Of a DNA stretch of 64,000 nucleotides, positions 59,893 to 64,000 are shown piece by piece. The stretch lies in NCBI RefSeq assembly GCF_006345805.1, contig NW_021833282.1:12820-76819 (forward strand). Direction: 5' to 3'. The position numbers were made by a program, and so were the translations under genes. The stretch comes from Octopus sinensis. Taxonomy: Eukaryota. Position 1 is the first letter of the stretch. Each line of letters opens with the position of its first letter. The notes below the pieces were generated by a model, which saw only the letters and a list, made by a program, of their open reading frames with translations, searched no databases and was not told where the DNA came from.

Positions 59893-62585
59893 ATTGTTGT
59901 TGGCATCCCTTTTGTCTCGGGATACAATGGAGTTGCACATAAAATAATCTAGTCCGGCTTTTACATTTCATGTTCTAATATATCTCTTGCTGTGGCTGTG
60001 TAGTCATATCCTGGACAAACACTCCCTCTGGCAGGTGCCACAAAAGTAGCGAAGACTTTACCTGCCTAGTTTTAATGTCATAGTTTTTTGTTGACGTCTT
60101 TTCTTGTCTTTCCATTTCTCCTCTTTCTCTATGTCACTCCTTTGTGTTCCCTCTTTTACGGTACATCGCCAATCTCCACGGCTGCTGGCAACTGCTTCCC
60201 AGTTGGTAATATTGATGTTGCAGGCATTCATGTCCCTTTTGCAAACATCCTTGTATCGTAAGAACGGTCTTCCCACAGACCTAGTGCCATTAGCAAGCTC
60301 TCCGTAGAGTATGTCCTTGGGGATTCTGCCATCTTCCATACGGCTAACATGTCCAAGCCTTCTCATATGTCTTTGTGTGAGGAGTGCAAACATACTTGGT
60401 ATTCCTGCTTGCTTGAAGACATCTTTGTTGGGGATATGATTCTGCCATTTGATGCGAAGGATTTTCTGGAGGCAGCGCAGGTGAAAGATATTTAGGCGAC
60501 GCTCTTGGCGTGTGTATGGCGTCCGAGTCTCACTTCCACACAGTAGCATGCTAAGTACACATGCCTGGTAAATCTTCATTTTTGTGGTCTTGGTCAGCTT
60601 ATTTTTGTCCCATGCCCGTTTGGAGAGTTGGGCCATCACAGCAGCTGCCTTGCCAATGCGTATATTGAGCTCAGCATCAAGGGATAGGTTGCAGGTGACG
60701 GTAGAGCCAAGATAGGTAAACTTCTCCACCTCCTGTTGTCTGTGGTCTCCAATATATATGTTTGGGATGTCCGATGTAGCCTGACCCATGATGTTGGTCT
60801 TCTTGAGGCTGATAACTAAGTCAAAGTCGCTACATGCTTGCTCAAAACAGTTGATGAACCTTTGTAGGGCTTCTTCTGTGTGTGATACCAGAGCGGTATC
60901 ATCAGCAAATAGCATCTACTTGATCAGGACGCTTCTGATTTTGGTCTTGGCATAAATACGCGAGAGATTGAACAGTTTCCTGTCACTTCTACTGCGCAGA
61001 AACGCTCCATCATCTGATGTCTCAAAGGCATGCGACAGCAGCAGCGAGACGAAGATGCCAAATAATGTAGGATCAAGGACACAACCTTGCTTTACCCCGT
61101 TTTTTATTTGGAAGGCGGCTGATGTTGAACCATTGTGCTGTATGGTGCCTTGCATATCATCATGGAAAGATTTGATGAACCTCAGCAGCTTTGGTGGATA
61201 TCCGATTTTTTGGAGCAGGATGAAGAGGCCTTTTCTACTTACCAAGTCAAAAGCCTTTATCTGATCAATGAAGGCCATATATAATGGCATTTTCTGCTCT
61301 CTGGACTTCTGAAGTTGACGTATGGAGAATATCATGTCAATAGTTGATCTGCTTCTTCTAAAGCCACACTGCGATTCTGGATAATATTCGAGAAGCAAGC
61401 AGTTGTAACCTGGACAGGATAACGCGAGCAAAGGCCTTTCCAACAGTGCTTAGAAGAGATATTCCACGGTAATTGTTACAATCAACACGGTCACCTTTGT
61501 TTTTGTAAAGCGTAATGATGTTAGCATCCCGCATATCCTGAGGGACTGTACTCTCTTCCCAGCACTGACACAGAAGCTCATGAAGATACCGAAGCAGGAT
61601 GGTGTTTTTGCCGGTTTTGATGATCTCTAAGGGGATGCCATCTTTTCCCAGAGCCTTGTTACTTGCTAGGGAGTCAATAGCCTTGGTGAGCTCTGCTACA
61701 GATGGCAGACTGTCAAGTTCACACATGACTGGCAAGATCTTGACACCCTCGATTGCAGCCTCAGCTACCGTGGTCTCCCGTGAGTAGAGATCCTGGTAGT
61801 ACTCCAACCATCTATCCATTTGCTTGCTTTGGTCCTTGATGAGATCTCCAGTAGTTGATTTCAAAGGGGCTGACTTGGTTGCGGATGGACCGAGGGCCTT
61901 CTTCAAACTGGCATACATCCCACGGGTGTCGCCACTGTTAGCAGCTGACTGGATACTCTGACAGATTTCCTGCCAATACCTATTTGCACAGCGTCTGGTA
62001 GTCAGTTGGGTTTTAATCCTTGCCTTTCTGAGTTCTTCAAGTGACTTTGTAAAAGAATCACTCTTGTATTGCATCAGAGCTACATGCTTTGCTTCGATAA
62101 CTGTTTCCAGCTGTGAGAGACCAGCACTGAACCAATCTGGGTTTTGCCTTTCTCTCATGCCGAAAGTATCTGTTGATGTGGTATACAAAGCTTCCCTGAT
62201 ATAATTCCACCTACTTTCATCAGAGGAAGTTGGGCAGCTAATGAGGGCAACCTTGATAGAAACAGCAAAACATTTTCGCAGCGTAGGGTCCGAGGTTCAG
62301 GCAGTGTTAATGCGTGGTCGGCCCATTTTCTTGGAGTGATGGACTTTGTTAGGCAGAATCCTCACCCTGTTTTACATAGTGAATGATCTTATTAGTGAAT
62401 TCAGAAAGGATCTTCGTGTAATGATGAGATCCAGCTGATGCCAGTGGCGAGATCTTGGGTGTCTCCAAAATGCCTTGTGGGATGTCTTGTTGGCAAAGAC
62501 TTTGTTGGTGATGTGATGCAGAGGTTACGGTATGTGCAAAATTCAAGTAGTCTCTGACCATTGTCATTCATGTTGCCATACCAAA
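59893..62585 (-). mobile_element. RTE (BovB-like) LINE, decayed ORF with stops and frameshifts
   Basis: NDNGQRLLEFC; DCNNYRGISLLS; PESQCGFR; GVKQGCVL; LFADD; RIPKDILYGEL; (CAA)-type tail at ~59893. Confidence 0.92.
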
Positions 62586-62739
62586 ACACATACACTTACA
62601 TATCTATCATACATATATATACGATTGATTTGTTTCAGTTCCTGTCTACAAAATCCATATATATATTATATATATATATTATATATATATAATATATATA
62701 TATATATATACATATGTATGTATGTACACACACACACAC

Positions 62740-62778
<39 letters not shown>

Positions 62779-63635
62779 ACACACACACAAAGATAAATTG
62801 ATAGATACAACTGAGTGGGCAAACAAAAATATGAGACACTGCGTAGTGCTTTTTATATTTTGATAAGCCTGGTACTTATTCTATCATTTTCTTCTTGTGA
62901 AACCAGTAAGTTATGGGAATGTAAATAAACGAACACCAGTTGGGAAGCGGTGATGAGGGAGAAACACATAGACACACACATAGACTTACATATATGCATA
63001 CATATACATATAATTGATTTCTTTCAGTTTCTGTCTACAAAATCCGCTTACAAGGCTTTGGTTGGTCTGAGGCTATAGCAGAAGAAACATGCCAAGTTAC
63101 CACACAGTGGGACTGAACTGAGGACCATGTGTTTTGGAACGAAGTTTGTTACCACACAGCCACACCTGCACCTATGTATGTGTGTATGGGTGTATATATG
63201 TATGCATGTAAATATATGTATATATATGTGTACGTATTACATGTACATCTATATATACATATATATACATATACATCTAGACATGCATGTATATCTATAG
63301 AAATACATCTATACATATACAGCTATACATATACATGTATACATATACAGCTATATTTATACATGTATATATATATATATATATACATATATATCGCTAA
63401 TAGGTTAAATGAGATATACCTGTCTCCATGGCCGAAACAGCTGTCAGCTACAATGTAAATGTATTTTTATGTCTTGTTATATTTATTTAGTTATATTTCA
63501 CCATATTGATTGTAATTATTGTACTGTATTAATGTATAATATCTTTGCTATTGTGTAGTGTTTAATAAATTATTGAGCGGTATTATCTGATAGTTGATGA
63601 TTGATTTAGATATATTTCTCCATTTTCTCATTTTG

Positions 63636-63669
<34 letters not shown>

Positions 63670-63691
63670 ATTATATATATATATATATATA

Positions 63692-64000
63692 CTAGCTCAG
63701 GTGACCCGCTCTACGCGCGGGTAAGAGTGTGGTTCTTACTTTCTGTCTTTTATCACCACATTCTCCCTCTTTGTTTCTCTCTCCTTTCTCTCTCACTTTC
63801 CCACTCTCTTACTCTTCCTTTCTCTTGGACTCTCCCTCACTTTCTCTTACTCTCATCTTTCTCTATCTATCTCTCTCCCATTTATAAACAACAAAAGATC
63901 TTGAGTAAGTTGAGAAAGTAAAATATTTTGAAAGATCAATCATAAATATCAGGCAGTGACAACGGAAAGGTCTGCTTCAAGGCAGACAGCAAACACTAAC
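63692..64000 (-). mobile_element. Helitron-type element 3' end (same family as 39006-39462), runs off the window
   Basis: Reverse complement of the acccgcgcgtagagcgggtcacc..CTAG terminus. Confidence 0.7.

Overview
AT-rich, microsatellite-dense eukaryotic genomic DNA. The SINE repertoire and repeat landscape suggest an octopus/cephalopod, which is an inference. The window holds one host gene: a + strand chitin synthase (GT2 family). I can splice 11 GT-AG exons in consistent phase from 5842 to 52472 (~1200 codons; the 5' end is not located), with CTTMYRE, KKRWSQ, DSD, GEDRW, QRRRW and SWGTR motifs. Introns and flanks are filled with mobile DNA: an almost intact APE-type LINE, RTE and R4/Dong LINE remnants, a full-length mariner, Helitron-type and hAT-type non-autonomous elements, tRNA-derived SINEs and Penelope-like (GIY-YIG) fragments. 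The most striking feature is a dense set of hammerhead-ribozyme (HHR) motifs: about 10 readable type I folds plus several decayed ones. They sit in Penelope pseudo-LTRs and in non-coding tandem, inverted or palindromic elements inserted at (TA)n tracts. A further repeat family carries a conserved HHR-like fold of type II topology with a non-canonical GAAG core. All RNA folds were paired by eye and none has been tested for activity. Most short ORFs in the track are microsatellite artefacts.
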